A DNA stretch of 43,524 nt from Rhizobacter sp. (GCA_031360005.1 JANMAW010000198.1:1-43524), one strand, 5' to 3'. Shown: positions 18,835-28,639, counted from the stretch's first letter. Translations and numbers: made by a program. The notes: a model not told the origin generated them from the sequence alone.

Positions 18835-19479
18835 ATGACCGCCTCGACGCCGGCCCTCGCCCTCGCCTTCGAATGCGTGCGCCTGAAGCTGCTGTCTTCG
18901 GGGCTGCTGGCCGCCGCCAATGCATCGAGCAGCCTTGCGCTGACAGCCATCGGCCGCGGCGACGGCGTCACCACGGTGGCGATCGGCACAGCGGCGGCGA
19001 TCGCGCGGCAGGATGAGGGCGGGGTGCTGCTGATCGACGGCACGCCGCTCGGCACCCGCTGCGCCGCGCTGCTGGGCGTGAACGCCGCGGCGCTCGCCAG
19101 CACTGCCGAGACGGGCGTGCTCGAAGGGCATCTGGTCCGGGTACCGGACCTCGGCTTCGACTTGCTGCAGCTCGCTGCCGCACCGCCACAGGCCGGCGAT
19201 ACGGCCGCCGCCGACGCCTGGACCGCGTTGTGGGAATCATTGCGCAAACGCTACCGCCACGTGATCGTCGACGCCGGCAGCCTGAGGACGGACGCGCCGC
19301 ACCGCTGGGCCGGGTGGGTCGACCACACCGCACTCGTGATCGACACGACGCGCGTGACCAGCGACATGCTCGAGAGCTTTCGGCGTGAGCTGCGCCACGG
19401 CGGGCCGGCGCTTGCCGGCTTCATCCTCAACAAGCGCCAGTTCCATGTTCCCGCCCGGCTCTACCGGGCGCTCTCCTGA
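18835..19479 (+). CDS. CpsD/CapB-like P-loop protein (degenerate BY-kinase)
   Basis: TAIGRGDGVTT (Walker A-like, no Lys), VLLIDG, YRHVIVDAG, LAGFILNK. Located between wza and wzz. Confidence 0.7.
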   Translation: MTASTPALALAFECVRLKLLSSGLLAAANASSSLALTAIGRGDGVTTVAIGTAAAIARQDEGGVLLIDGTPLGTRCAALLGVNAAALASTAETGVLEGHLVRVPDLGFDLLQLAAAPPQAGDTAAADAWTALWESLRKRYRHVIVDAGSLRTDAPHRWAGWVDHTALVIDTTRVTSDMLESFRRELRHGGPALAGFILNKRQFHVPARLYRALS

Positions 19480-19490
19480 GCCAACCGCAC

Positions 19491-20699
19491 GTGTCGAAGC
19501 GCGACCTTCTCATCTTCCTGTTCAAGTGGAAGGCAAGCATCATCGGCATGTTCCTGCTCGTCATGGCGGCGGCATCGGTCGTGATCTTTTTCGTGCCGCC
19601 GAGCTACACCGCCGGCTCGCGCGTGCTGGTCGAGCGGCACCGGTCGCCGGTGCTGCGCACGGTGTTCGCGCCTTCGATGGACCTCGCCGAGGCGCTGAAC
19701 ACCGAGGCCGAAATCTTCGTCTCGCGCACGGTAATGAGCAACGTCGTCGACAAGCTCAAGCCGCATGAGCGTCCGCGCCAAGCGAGCCGCATCGGCACGA
19801 TCGTCGATGCGACCAGGGGATGGATGGAAGAGACCGGCCTGCTGTACCCGCAGTCTTCGCGCGAGCGCTGGATCCAGCTGCTGCAGAAGAACATGAAGGT
19901 CAAGCCGTCGATCGACGCGAGCATCCTGAAGATCAGCTTCGGCGACGAGGATCCGCAGTGGTCTGCCCGGCTCGTCAATGCAGCGCTCGACGAGTACATC
20001 GCCCAGCACGTGCGGGTGTTCTCGGCGCGCGGCACTTCGCAGGTCTACCTCGAACGGCTCCAGGCGATCGAGGCCGACCTGCGCAAGCACCGCAACGAAC
20101 TGTCGCTGCAAAAGCAACGGCAGAAGCTCACCGCCATCGAAGATACCAAGCGCGACCTGGTGCGCCGGGGCGGGGACCTCGCTACCCAGATCGAAACAGC
20201 GCAAACCGACTTGCAAACGCTGCTGACCCGCTTCGAGAGCGGCCACCGCGAGGTCGAGCTCGCGAAGGCCAAGCTGGTGCGGCTGAACAAATCGGCCGAG
20301 CAGGCACGCGACCAGCTGTCACGGCTCGAATCGCAGCAGGCCAGGCTCGATGAGATGAACCTCGAGATCGCGTCGCTGGAGACGGCCTACAAGGACTATG
20401 CGGGTCGCTACGACGAGGCTCGGCTCACCGACCTCGCGAGCGCCAACGCGATCAACATCGGCGCCGTCGACCGTGCCGACGTGCCGGCGCGGCCCGACAA
20501 CTCGCGCCTCTTCCTGCTCGTCGTCGCGGCGGCCGGCGGCATCGTGCTCGCGCTCTTGATCGCGGTGGTGCGCGAATACTTCGACCGCCGGCTCGCCAAC
20601 CCGCTGGCCGCCGAACAGATTCTTGGCGTGCCTGACCTCGGTTCCGTCGAGTGGCTGCGCAGCGGCCAGCGGCCACGGCTGCGCATCGCCGGCCCCTAG
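19491..20699 (+). CDS. Polysaccharide co-polymerase / chain-length determinant (Wzz/GumC family)
   Basis: GTG start; N- and C-terminal TM helices, central coiled coil, NTEAEIFVSR, ends EYFDRR…EQILGVPDLG. Confidence 0.85.
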   Translation: MSKRDLLIFLFKWKASIIGMFLLVMAAASVVIFFVPPSYTAGSRVLVERHRSPVLRTVFAPSMDLAEALNTEAEIFVSRTVMSNVVDKLKPHERPRQASRIGTIVDATRGWMEETGLLYPQSSRERWIQLLQKNMKVKPSIDASILKISFGDEDPQWSARLVNAALDEYIAQHVRVFSARGTSQVYLERLQAIEADLRKHRNELSLQKQRQKLTAIEDTKRDLVRRGGDLATQIETAQTDLQTLLTRFESGHREVELAKAKLVRLNKSAEQARDQLSRLESQQARLDEMNLEIASLETAYKDYAGRYDEARLTDLASANAINIGAVDRADVPARPDNSRLFLLVVAAAGGIVLALLIAVVREYFDRRLANPLAAEQILGVPDLGSVEWLRSGQRPRLRIAGP

Positions 20700-20717
20700 C
20701 TGCAGAAACCTTCGTCC

Positions 20718-22190
20718 GTGATGAATCAGCCGGCAGCGCGAACTCCGACGGTCGCTCCGATTTTGCGCGCCTGGTTGATGAATTCGCCCTGGGTGATATT
20801 GGCTGCGCTGTTCGGGCTGACGCTTGGCAGCGGCGCGTGGATCATCGCCGGCGCCATCGTCGGCGTGCTCCTTGCACTGCTGCTCTTGATCAGCGGCATC
20901 TGGTGGGTTGCAATGGCTTGGGTCGTCCTGTCGCCAACGATCGGCGTTTTCCTGGACAACCTGCTGCAAGGTATTACGTTCTTCCGCTCCGGCCGCGTCC
21001 TGGTGGTGCTGCTGCTCGGCAGCCTGGCGTTCCAGGTCGTGTTCCAGAAGCGGCGCCTGCCGGCGTTGTCGAGCGTCGAGTGGCGGATGGCCGCATTCCT
21101 CCTGCTGGGCAGCGTACATGCACTCGTGGGGCTGCGCGACAAGAACCTGGCCGATTGGAGCAAGCAGGACGCCGCGCTCCTCTTCGATGGCTACCTGATG
21201 CCGATGGCCGGCTTCTTCATCGCCCGGCGTCTGGGATGGGATGAAGCGCGCGCGTTGCGCTTTCTGTGGATACTCACTTTGGCGGCGCTTTTCCTCGCGG
21301 TGACAGCGCCCCTCGAGACACTGCTCGGCATCAACTGGTTCATCCCAACCTACACGCCCGTGATCCACGTTCTGGTGCGCGCGACCGGCACCTTTGGCAA
21401 CGCGGCAACCTATGGCGCGGTCATGGGATCGATGCTGTTGCTGGTCGCGCTGCTCTACACCCGGGTACGCGAGCCGGCGCAGCGGCTTTTTCTGCTCAGC
21501 CTGCTGCTCGCGGTGCTCGGCGCGATCGTCCTCAGCAAGACGCGGGCATCGTGGCTGGGCGTCGTCGCCGGGCTGACCTTCGTCTTCGTGCGCGATTCGA
21601 ATAGCCGCCCGATGCTGGCGGTGTTTGGCATCGGCACCGCGATCGTCGCAGCGGTGGCACTGCCGTTGCTGCTCGCGATGCAGGGGTTCCAGGAGCGTGT
21701 GCTCGACGCCGCGCCGATCTACAACCGCATCGCCGGCTGGGGCGCGGCAATCAACATGATGCTGCAGAACCCGCTGACCGGCATCGGCTGGTCGCGCTAC
21801 GCGTTCGGCATGTACCGCGGCGAATACGCGATCGATGTCGGCGACATCAGCGGAGCGTGGATCCGCGAACTGTCGGTGCCGCACAACGAATTCTTCAACG
21901 TCGGCGCAATGACCGGCGTGATCGGCTTCGTGCTCTACCTGCGCGTCTTCAGCGGCATGTTCGGCGCGCTGCACGCGACCTGGGCAGACGCGGGGCAGGC
22001 ACCGTTCACGCGCGCGATGGCGGCCTATGCCGGGGCGATCTGGTTCGCGTGGTGCATCAACGCCTTCTTCGCAGATTTCGCGAACTTCAGCTATGCAAAC
22101 ATCGTCGTCTACTTCACCGCCGGCATCGTCGCGGCGCTGGCAGATGCAAATGCTTCGTCGCCGCACTCGCGGACTGCCAACCCGCAATGA
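20718..22190 (+). CDS. O-antigen ligase-family membrane protein (probable Wzy polymerase)
   Basis: Multi-TM; RATGTFGNA, SKTRASWLG, NPLTGIG, PHNEF. Confidence 0.85.
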   Translation: MMNQPAARTPTVAPILRAWLMNSPWVILAALFGLTLGSGAWIIAGAIVGVLLALLLLISGIWWVAMAWVVLSPTIGVFLDNLLQGITFFRSGRVLVVLLLGSLAFQVVFQKRRLPALSSVEWRMAAFLLLGSVHALVGLRDKNLADWSKQDAALLFDGYLMPMAGFFIARRLGWDEARALRFLWILTLAALFLAVTAPLETLLGINWFIPTYTPVIHVLVRATGTFGNAATYGAVMGSMLLLVALLYTRVREPAQRLFLLSLLLAVLGAIVLSKTRASWLGVVAGLTFVFVRDSNSRPMLAVFGIGTAIVAAVALPLLLAMQGFQERVLDAAPIYNRIAGWGAAINMMLQNPLTGIGWSRYAFGMYRGEYAIDVGDISGAWIRELSVPHNEFFNVGAMTGVIGFVLYLRVFSGMFGALHATWADAGQAPFTRAMAAYAGAIWFAWCINAFFADFANFSYANIVVYFTAGIVAALADANASSPHSRTANPQ

Positions 22191-23161
22191 GCCTCCTCGT
22201 CACCGGCGCCGCCGGCTTCATCGGCAGTTCACTCATCGACCGCTTGCTGGACGGCGGTCACCGCGTGGTCGGCGTCGACAATTTTTCGACCGGACAACGC
22301 CGCTTCCTCGAAGGTGCCCTCGCCGACCCGAACTTCCGCCTCGTCGAGGGCGACCTGCTCGACGCCGCGCTGCTCGCGCCGCATCTCGTCGGCATCGAAA
22401 CGGTCTACCACCTCGCCGCCAACGCCGACATTCGCGGCGGCCTGGCGTTGCCGCGGCGCGACCTGGAGCAGAACACGATCGTCACGTTCAATGTGCTCGA
22501 GGCGATGCGCGCCGCTGACGCGCGCCGCATCGTCTTCGCATCGTCGGCGGCGGCGCTCGGCGAGCCGTCCATATTCCCGACCCCGGAGAGCTGCGCCGTG
22601 CCGGTGCAGACCTCACTCTACGGCGCGTCGAAACTGGCGTGCGAAGGCTTGATCTCGGCGTATTGCGAGGGCTACGGCTTCGAGGGCTACGCATTCCGCT
22701 TCGTCTCGCTGCTGGGCCCGCGGTACCCGCACGGCCACGTGTTCGATTTCGTTCGCCAGCTGATCGCCGACCCGACACGTTTGCGCGTGCTCGGCGACGG
22801 CACGCCGCGCAAGAGTTATCTGCACATCGCCGACTGCCTCGATGCGCTGCTGCACATCTGCGAAACCCGGCGCACCGCGCTCGCCGCACGCCACCGCTTC
22901 GAGGTCTATCACCTCGGCTGCCCGAGCTACTGCCAGGTTCGCGATTCGGTGCGCTGGATCTGCAGCGAGCTGGGCCTCGCGCCGACGGTCGAATTCGGCC
23001 ACGGCGACCGCGGCTGGATCGGCGACAACCCCTTCGTCTTCCTCGACGTCGGCAAGGCGCTCGCCACCGGCTGGGTCCCGCACCACGGCATCGAGTCGGG
23101 CGTGCGCGAGACGGCGCGCTGGCTGGCCGCCAACCGCTGGATTTTTGGGGAGCCGCCGTGA
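22187..23161 (+). CDS. NAD-dependent epimerase/dehydratase
   Basis: Start ATG 22187 (ATGA overlap). LVTGAAGFIGS, HLAANAD, SLYGASK, HGHVFDF. Confidence 0.88.
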   Translation: MSLLVTGAAGFIGSSLIDRLLDGGHRVVGVDNFSTGQRRFLEGALADPNFRLVEGDLLDAALLAPHLVGIETVYHLAANADIRGGLALPRRDLEQNTIVTFNVLEAMRAADARRIVFASSAAALGEPSIFPTPESCAVPVQTSLYGASKLACEGLISAYCEGYGFEGYAFRFVSLLGPRYPHGHVFDFVRQLIADPTRLRVLGDGTPRKSYLHIADCLDALLHICETRRTALAARHRFEVYHLGCPSYCQVRDSVRWICSELGLAPTVEFGHGDRGWIGDNPFVFLDVGKALATGWVPHHGIESGVRETARWLAANRWIFGEPP

Positions 23162-25065
23162 CGGCGCAGGTTGCGATCCTCGCGGGCGGCGGCGGCACGC
23201 GGCTGCGCGAGCGCAGCGCCGCCTTGCCCAAGTCGATGGTGGCGGTGGCAGGGCGACCGCTGCTTGAGCACCAGATCGAACGGTGCTGCGCCGCGGGGTT
23301 CACGCGCATCGTACTGCTGGTGCACTTCCGCCACGAGGCGATCGCGGCGCATTTCGGCGACGGCTCGCGCTTCGGCGTGCAGCTCGACTACTGCATCGAG
23401 ACCTCGGCGCGTGGCACGGCCGGAGCGCTGCGCGATGCCTTGCCGCTGCTGGCGCCGAGCTTTCTCGTGCTCTACGGCGATACCTTCTTCGATGTCGATC
23501 TGGGCGCGCTGTGGCGCGCCCACGAGCGCCGCGCCGCCGATGCGACGATCCTGCTGCACCCGAACGACCATCCGCAGGACTCGGACCTCGTTGAGCTCGA
23601 CGCCGCCGGCTGCGTGCGGGCGTTGTGGCCTTGTCCGCATCCGCCCGGGTCGGATCGGCACAACCTCGTCAACGCGGCGCTCTACGTCATGCAGCGCGAC
23701 GGGCTCGCCGAGTTGATCCCGACCGAAGGCGCGAGCGACCTCGCGAAACACACCTTCCCGGCGATGCTCGCCGCCGGCCGCACGCTCGCGGGCCATCGCT
23801 CGGTGGAGTACATCAAGGACATGGGGACACCCGCACGCCTCGACCGCGTCGAAACCGACATCGCGCGCGGCCTGCCCGAACGCCTGTCGGCACGGCATCT
23901 GCGCGTCGCGGTCTTCCTCGACCGCGACGGCACGCTCAACCACGAGGTCGATCACCTGAACGAAGTGAACCAGCTGCGGCTTCACGACGGCGCCGCGGCC
24001 GCGGTGCGATGCCTGAACCGCAGCGGGACGCTGGCGGTCGTCGTCACCAACCAACCGGTGATCGCACGCGGCGAATTGACGGCCGCGGGTCTGGGCACCA
24101 TTCATGCCCGACTCGACACACTGCTCGGCGCCGAAGGCGCCTACCTCGACCGGATCTACCACTGCCCGCACCATCCCGAACGCGGCTTCGCCGGCGAGGT
24201 GGCGGCACTGAAGATCGACTGCGATTGCCGCAAGCCGGCGACCGGCATGATCGACGCCGCCTGCCGCGATCTGGCGATCGACCGCGCGCGATCCTGGATG
24301 GTCGGCGACAGCAGCGTCGACATCGAAGCCGGTCGGCGTTCCGGCTTGAAGACGATCCTCGTGCGCACCGGGCACGCCGGTACCGACGGTCGGCACGCGA
24401 CCCAGCCCGACTATGTGATGACGGATCTGGCCGAGGCCGTCGAGTGGGTCTTGCGAGGCCATCGCAGCGCCGCATCGCGACTCGCACCGGCCGCCTCGCG
24501 CGCGCTCGACGCCCGGCTGGTGCTGATCGGCGGCCTGTCGCGCTCCGGCAAGACCATCGCCGCGCAGCTCCTCAAAGAGATCTTCGCGGGATGCGGCCGC
24601 TGCGCCCATGTCGTTTCGCTCGACGGCTGGCTGCGGCCCGTGGAAGAACGCCGAGAAGGCGTTGGCGTGCTCGCGCGCTTCGACCTCGACGGCGCGTGGC
24701 GCGACATCGCGGCGGTGCTGCGGCTGACGGTGCACCAGGCGGTGCGCTGGCCGCAGCACGATCGGCACAGCAGAACACTGCGGCCCGGCCCGGCGCAGGC
24801 CATCGCGCCGGACGACCTGTTGATCGTCGAAGGCGTGCCGGCGCTGCTGCACCCGCCCTTGCGCGAACTCGCCGACTTGCGTCTGCACCTCGACGTCGCC
24901 GAGCCCGAGCGGCGGCGTCGCTTCGAGGCCGACTACCGCTGCCGCGGCCGCGCCGACGCTGCGATCGCGGCCTTGTTCGCCGCACGCGCCATCGACGAGA
25001 CACCGGAGGTCGCCGCCGCGGCGATCCATGCGGACCTGCGGATTTCACTCCAGGGCGCACCATGA
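23158..25065 (+). CDS. Three-domain fusion: HddC-like nucleotidyltransferase + GmhB-like HAD-IIIA phosphatase + P-loop kinase-like domain
   Basis: GTG 23158 (GTGA overlap). ILAGGGGTRL…PKSM; FLDRDGTLN, VTNQP, CPHHP, CDCRKP, MVGDS; C-terminal IGGLSRSGKT, SLDGW, LIVEG. Confidence 0.88.
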   Translation: MTAQVAILAGGGGTRLRERSAALPKSMVAVAGRPLLEHQIERCCAAGFTRIVLLVHFRHEAIAAHFGDGSRFGVQLDYCIETSARGTAGALRDALPLLAPSFLVLYGDTFFDVDLGALWRAHERRAADATILLHPNDHPQDSDLVELDAAGCVRALWPCPHPPGSDRHNLVNAALYVMQRDGLAELIPTEGASDLAKHTFPAMLAAGRTLAGHRSVEYIKDMGTPARLDRVETDIARGLPERLSARHLRVAVFLDRDGTLNHEVDHLNEVNQLRLHDGAAAAVRCLNRSGTLAVVVTNQPVIARGELTAAGLGTIHARLDTLLGAEGAYLDRIYHCPHHPERGFAGEVAALKIDCDCRKPATGMIDAACRDLAIDRARSWMVGDSSVDIEAGRRSGLKTILVRTGHAGTDGRHATQPDYVMTDLAEAVEWVLRGHRSAASRLAPAASRALDARLVLIGGLSRSGKTIAAQLLKEIFAGCGRCAHVVSLDGWLRPVEERREGVGVLARFDLDGAWRDIAAVLRLTVHQAVRWPQHDRHSRTLRPGPAQAIAPDDLLIVEGVPALLHPPLRELADLRLHLDVAEPERRRRFEADYRCRGRADAAIAALFAARAIDETPEVAAAAIHADLRISLQGAP

Positions 25066-26057
25066 TCGTCAGCAAGACCCCTTTTCGGATGAGCTTCGTC
25101 GGCGGCGGCAGCGACCTGCCGGCGTTCTATCGCGAAGAACCCGGCGCGGTCGTGTCGACGAGCATCGACAAGCACATGTACATCGCCGTCAACCGCAAGT
25201 TCGACGGGCGCGTGCGCGTAAGTTATTCGCGCACCGAGGACGTCGAATCGGCCGCACAGGTAGAGCACCCGCTGGTGCGCGAGGCGCTGGAGCTCACGGG
25301 CATCGAGGGCGGCATCGAGATCGCGTCGATGGCCGACATCCCGTCACAGGGGTCGGGGCTGGGCTCGTCCAGCGCCTACACGGTGGGCCTGCTCAACGCG
25401 CTGCACGCCTATTGCAACCGCTATGTTTCGAAGGAGGCGCTGGCGCGCATGGCCTGTGAGATCGAGATCGAACGCTGCGGCGAACCGATCGGCAAGCAGG
25501 ACCAGTACGCGGCCGCGTTCGGCGGGCTCAACCTGATCCGCTTCCAGCCCGATGGCACGGTCGCGGTCGATCCGGTCATCGTGCAACCGGAGATGCTGGC
25601 CAGTTTCGAGGCGTCGATCATCGTCTTCTACACCGGTCGCACGCGCAGCGCCTCGGAGGTGCTGGCGCGCCAGTCGGCCGGCCTGGCGGCACCCGAGCGG
25701 CGCGCGTTGCTGCGCCGCATGGTCGAGCTCGCGTTCGACTTCAAACGCGAACTCGAGTCGGCGTCGCTCGCGGCGCTGGGGCCCATCCTCGACGAGAACT
25801 GGCGCCTCAAGTCCCAGCTCGCCCACGGCATCACCGATCCGCAGATCGATGCGTGGTACACGACCGGGATGACCCATGGCGCGACCGGCGGCAAATTGCT
25901 CGGCGCGGGTGCCGGCGGCTTCCTGATGTTCATCGCGCCGCCCGAACAGCACCATCGGCTTAGGGGTGTGCTGTCGGACCTTCAGCGTGTAGTCTTTCGT
26001 TTCGACCGCGCCGGGGCGCAGGTCGTCTTCTATCAACCGAACTCATCCACCGATTGA
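25062..26057 (+). CDS. hddA: GHMP kinase, D-glycero-alpha-D-manno-heptose-7-phosphate kinase type
   Basis: ATG 25062 (ATGA overlap). KTPFRMSFVGGGSD, PSQGSGLGSSSA, IGKQDQYAAAFGG, GGKLLGAGAGGF. Confidence 0.88.
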   Translation: MIVSKTPFRMSFVGGGSDLPAFYREEPGAVVSTSIDKHMYIAVNRKFDGRVRVSYSRTEDVESAAQVEHPLVREALELTGIEGGIEIASMADIPSQGSGLGSSSAYTVGLLNALHAYCNRYVSKEALARMACEIEIERCGEPIGKQDQYAAAFGGLNLIRFQPDGTVAVDPVIVQPEMLASFEASIIVFYTGRTRSASEVLARQSAGLAAPERRALLRRMVELAFDFKRELESASLAALGPILDENWRLKSQLAHGITDPQIDAWYTTGMTHGATGGKLLGAGAGGFLMFIAPPEQHHRLRGVLSDLQRVVFRFDRAGAQVVFYQPNSSTD

Positions 26058-26638
26058 CGATGGACTCGCCGTTCACTGTCGCGCGATACCTGGAAGCCCA
26101 CCGTCAACTCGCGGGGCGTCTCGACCACGCGGCGTTGCAGCAAGGCATCGAGCGGATTCGCGAAGCGTCCGCGGCCGGACGCAAGATCGTCACCTGCGGC
26201 AACGGCGGTAGCGCGTCCACCGCATCGCACTACATCACCGACTGGAACAAGGCTGCCAGCATGGCCACCGGGCGCCACTTTCGCGGCATCTCGCTGGTCG
26301 ACAACATCGGCCTGGTCACCGCCTTCGGCAACGACCTCTGCTACGACCAGATCTTCGCCGGCCAGGTGCGGGCAATCGTCGATGAAGGCGATCTGCTGGT
26401 GGCCATCAGCGGCAGTGGCAACTCGCCGAACGTCCTGAACGCCGTGCGAGCCGCCCACGAAGCCGGCGCCGACACGCTGGCCGTCGTCGGCTACGACGGC
26501 GGCGAACTGATGAAGATGGCGCGCCACGCGGTGTGGATTCCGAGCTTCGACATGCAACTCTGCGAAGACCTGCACCTGATGTTCGGCCACATGGTGATGA
26601 AGTCGCTGTGCGGCGGCGCGATCCGCGACAACGCCTGA
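26054..26638 (+). CDS. gmhA: Phosphoheptose isomerase (SIS domain)
   Basis: CGNGGSASTASH, TAFGND, ISGSGNSPNV, EDLHL. Start is TTG 26054 or ATG 26060. Confidence 0.88.
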   Translation: MTMDSPFTVARYLEAHRQLAGRLDHAALQQGIERIREASAAGRKIVTCGNGGSASTASHYITDWNKAASMATGRHFRGISLVDNIGLVTAFGNDLCYDQIFAGQVRAIVDEGDLLVAISGSGNSPNVLNAVRAAHEAGADTLAVVGYDGGELMKMARHAVWIPSFDMQLCEDLHLMFGHMVMKSLCGGAIRDNA

Positions 26639-26656
26639 GCGTCGGCCGGTTTGCGA

Positions 26657-27182
26657 GGGCATCTTTGTGATGGGCGCTCGATCGCGTCGCTGACCCGCCT
26701 GTGCAGATCAGAACGCCCATCCGCCGGCCCGTCCGCATTCAGCGCGAGCCGGAGCAAGGGCAGCGGGTGCAGCACTCGAGAATGCGCACCATGCGAATGC
26801 CTGTGGTTCGTCACCTCGTATTGCCAGCTGCCGTCGAACGGGCAGGCGACGGCCTACTTACACCGAGGGATTTCGACTTTCACGCGCAGGTGCCGCGGGA
26901 CGACCTCGGGAACCACGAGCCCAAGGTGGTAGTGAAGAATTCCGCGCCAGATGCCGTTGTGGTCCGGGACGGACTTGCCCAGGTCCAGGATCGAACAGAG
27001 CGCGTTCACCACGTTCGAATCCTTGGACGCCATCACGGCGGTCCTCGGGCACTCGGCTAGGTTGGCGTCGTCGCGTCGCATCATCGACCAAACTTGTATA
27101 TGCGCCGTGAACGCTCCGGATCGACCTGCGAGGAGATGTACTTCTGGTTCCCGTCGATCTCGCGGTAGCCCGGGATGCTGTG
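26657..27182 (-). pseudogene. 3' part of a decayed Asp/Asn beta-hydroxylase duplicate
   Basis: Reads SIPGYREIDGNQKYISSQVDPER…NVVNALCSILDLGKSVPDHNG…YHLGLVVPEV…FDGSWQYEVTNH…RVSDAIE, collinear with 28870..29607. Has a frameshift near 27085, an in-frame TAG at 26854-26856 and further small indels. Confidence 0.9.
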
Positions 27183-27188
27183 AAACCT

Positions 27189-28271
27189 TCACTTCTTGCT
27201 CCCTTCGCGCGTACTCGTGCGCGCGCTTGAAAGCAAGTCGCCATAGAGCCGTTCCAGTCGTGGCAGCAAGGCGTCTTCGCTGAATGCTTCTGCCACTCTA
27301 TGTCGGCCACTCTGGCCCATTCGGACCCGCAACTCCCGCGAACTGGCGAGTCGAGCGATTGCCCTGGCCAATAGATCGGGCTCACCCGCCGGAACGAGGA
27401 GGCCGTCCGTGTCATGCCTGACCAGTTCGGCAATGGAACCCACATCGGTGGAGACGACCGGAAGCCCCCACGACATCGCTTCAAGGATACTGATTGGCAG
27501 GCCCTCGCTATGCGACGGCAGCACGTAGATGTCGCTGCGCTGCAGCAAGCTGGTTTTGGCGTCACCGTCCAGCCAGCCGGTGAAGGTAACTGCGTCCGTG
27601 ATACCGAGTGCCGCAGCCATTTGCGCAGCCTTCTCCAAATCGCCACTGCCAGCCACGGTGAGACGCAAGGTCGAGCATTGCGCGCGGGCTGCCGCAAACG
27701 CCTCAAGCAAGTCATACGCGCCCTTGCGCTGACCCACCTCGCCGAGAAAAAGCAACTCAACGCGGTCATTCATGGCATGGGCCGACCCGCCGCTTGGCAC
27801 GCGAACGAAATTCGGCAGCACGAGCACACGCGCAGTCGGCGCAATCGACAGAACAATATTTCGCCAGCGATCTCCCAAAACCAGTACGGTCGTCAGTCGT
27901 TCAAGCTGTCCAACGATGACGCGGTGCAACCAGCCAGGCTGCGCGGCAACGAAATGGTCGAAATCTGACCCGTGCAGATGGCCGATAACGGGTACGCCAA
28001 AACGCCGCGCCAGACTCGCAAAGACACACTTGCGCCAGAAACTGCCATGCATGGAGATATGTGCATGCACCAGCGTCACCTGGCCGCGAAGCAGCATCAG
28101 TGCGAAGCGCAGCAGCGCCCACAGCGCCAGTGCCAAGCGATAGGCCGGCGAGCCTTCGTCGTGGGTGTACAGAATACATACTGGGTGGCGTTCAAACAGG
28201 CCCGCGTGGCGATAGGCCTCCACCACCGAAAGCATGCCACCGCGGCTGCGCGTGCACAGCATCACGATCAT
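27189..28271 (-). CDS. Glycosyltransferase family 4
   Basis: Start likely ATG 28271 (MIVMLCTRSRGGM). HLHGSDF, RKGAYDLLEA, LPSHSEGLPISILEAMSWGLPVVSTDVG. Confidence 0.9.
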   Translation of the reverse strand: MIVMLCTRSRGGMLSVVEAYRHAGLFERHPVCILYTHDEGSPAYRLALALWALLRFALMLLRGQVTLVHAHISMHGSFWRKCVFASLARRFGVPVIGHLHGSDFDHFVAAQPGWLHRVIVGQLERLTTVLVLGDRWRNIVLSIAPTARVLVLPNFVRVPSGGSAHAMNDRVELLFLGEVGQRKGAYDLLEAFAAARAQCSTLRLTVAGSGDLEKAAQMAAALGITDAVTFTGWLDGDAKTSLLQRSDIYVLPSHSEGLPISILEAMSWGLPVVSTDVGSIAELVRHDTDGLLVPAGEPDLLARAIARLASSRELRVRMGQSGRHRVAEAFSEDALLPRLERLYGDLLSSARTSTREGSKK

Positions 28272-28639
28272 GTCGATTGCCTCGACGCGTAAAGTTGATC
28301 GCACTCGCACCTTGTTGGCATGACAACGCCCCGCGACCGGTATTTGTAACCCAGCGGGATGCAGCGTGCGGTCTGGTCGATGGCACGGCGGCCCGCCGGC
28401 GAGTGAGACCAGCTCAGCACGAGCGCCTGGATCGCCAGTGCCAGGGGCTCGCCTGGCGCGGGCAGCACCAGCAGATGCTCGGCCAGCGGGTCTGTGATCA
28501 CTTCGAGTGAGCCACGCAGAGGCACCAACTCCAGCATTTCCAACGCGGCATACTTCGCGAAGCGGCGCAACGCGAATTCGGCGCACCGAGAGTGGTCATG
28601 CGGAAATTCGTGCAACCAGTAGAAGAAGGGCACGCTGGA
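28268..28639 (-). pseudogene. C-terminal remnant of a class I SAM-dependent methyltransferase
   Basis: SVPFFYWLHEFPHDHSRCAEFALRRF…PLGY resembles the VPF..WLHE.P.DY.RYT segment of polysaccharide-cluster methyltransferases. No start and no SAM-binding N-terminus. Confidence 0.55.

Noticed and set aside
27182-28639. Insertion sequence or integron cassette as the cause of the split hydroxylase
   Set aside because: No transposase or integrase, terminal inverted repeats or attC-like palindrome recognised.
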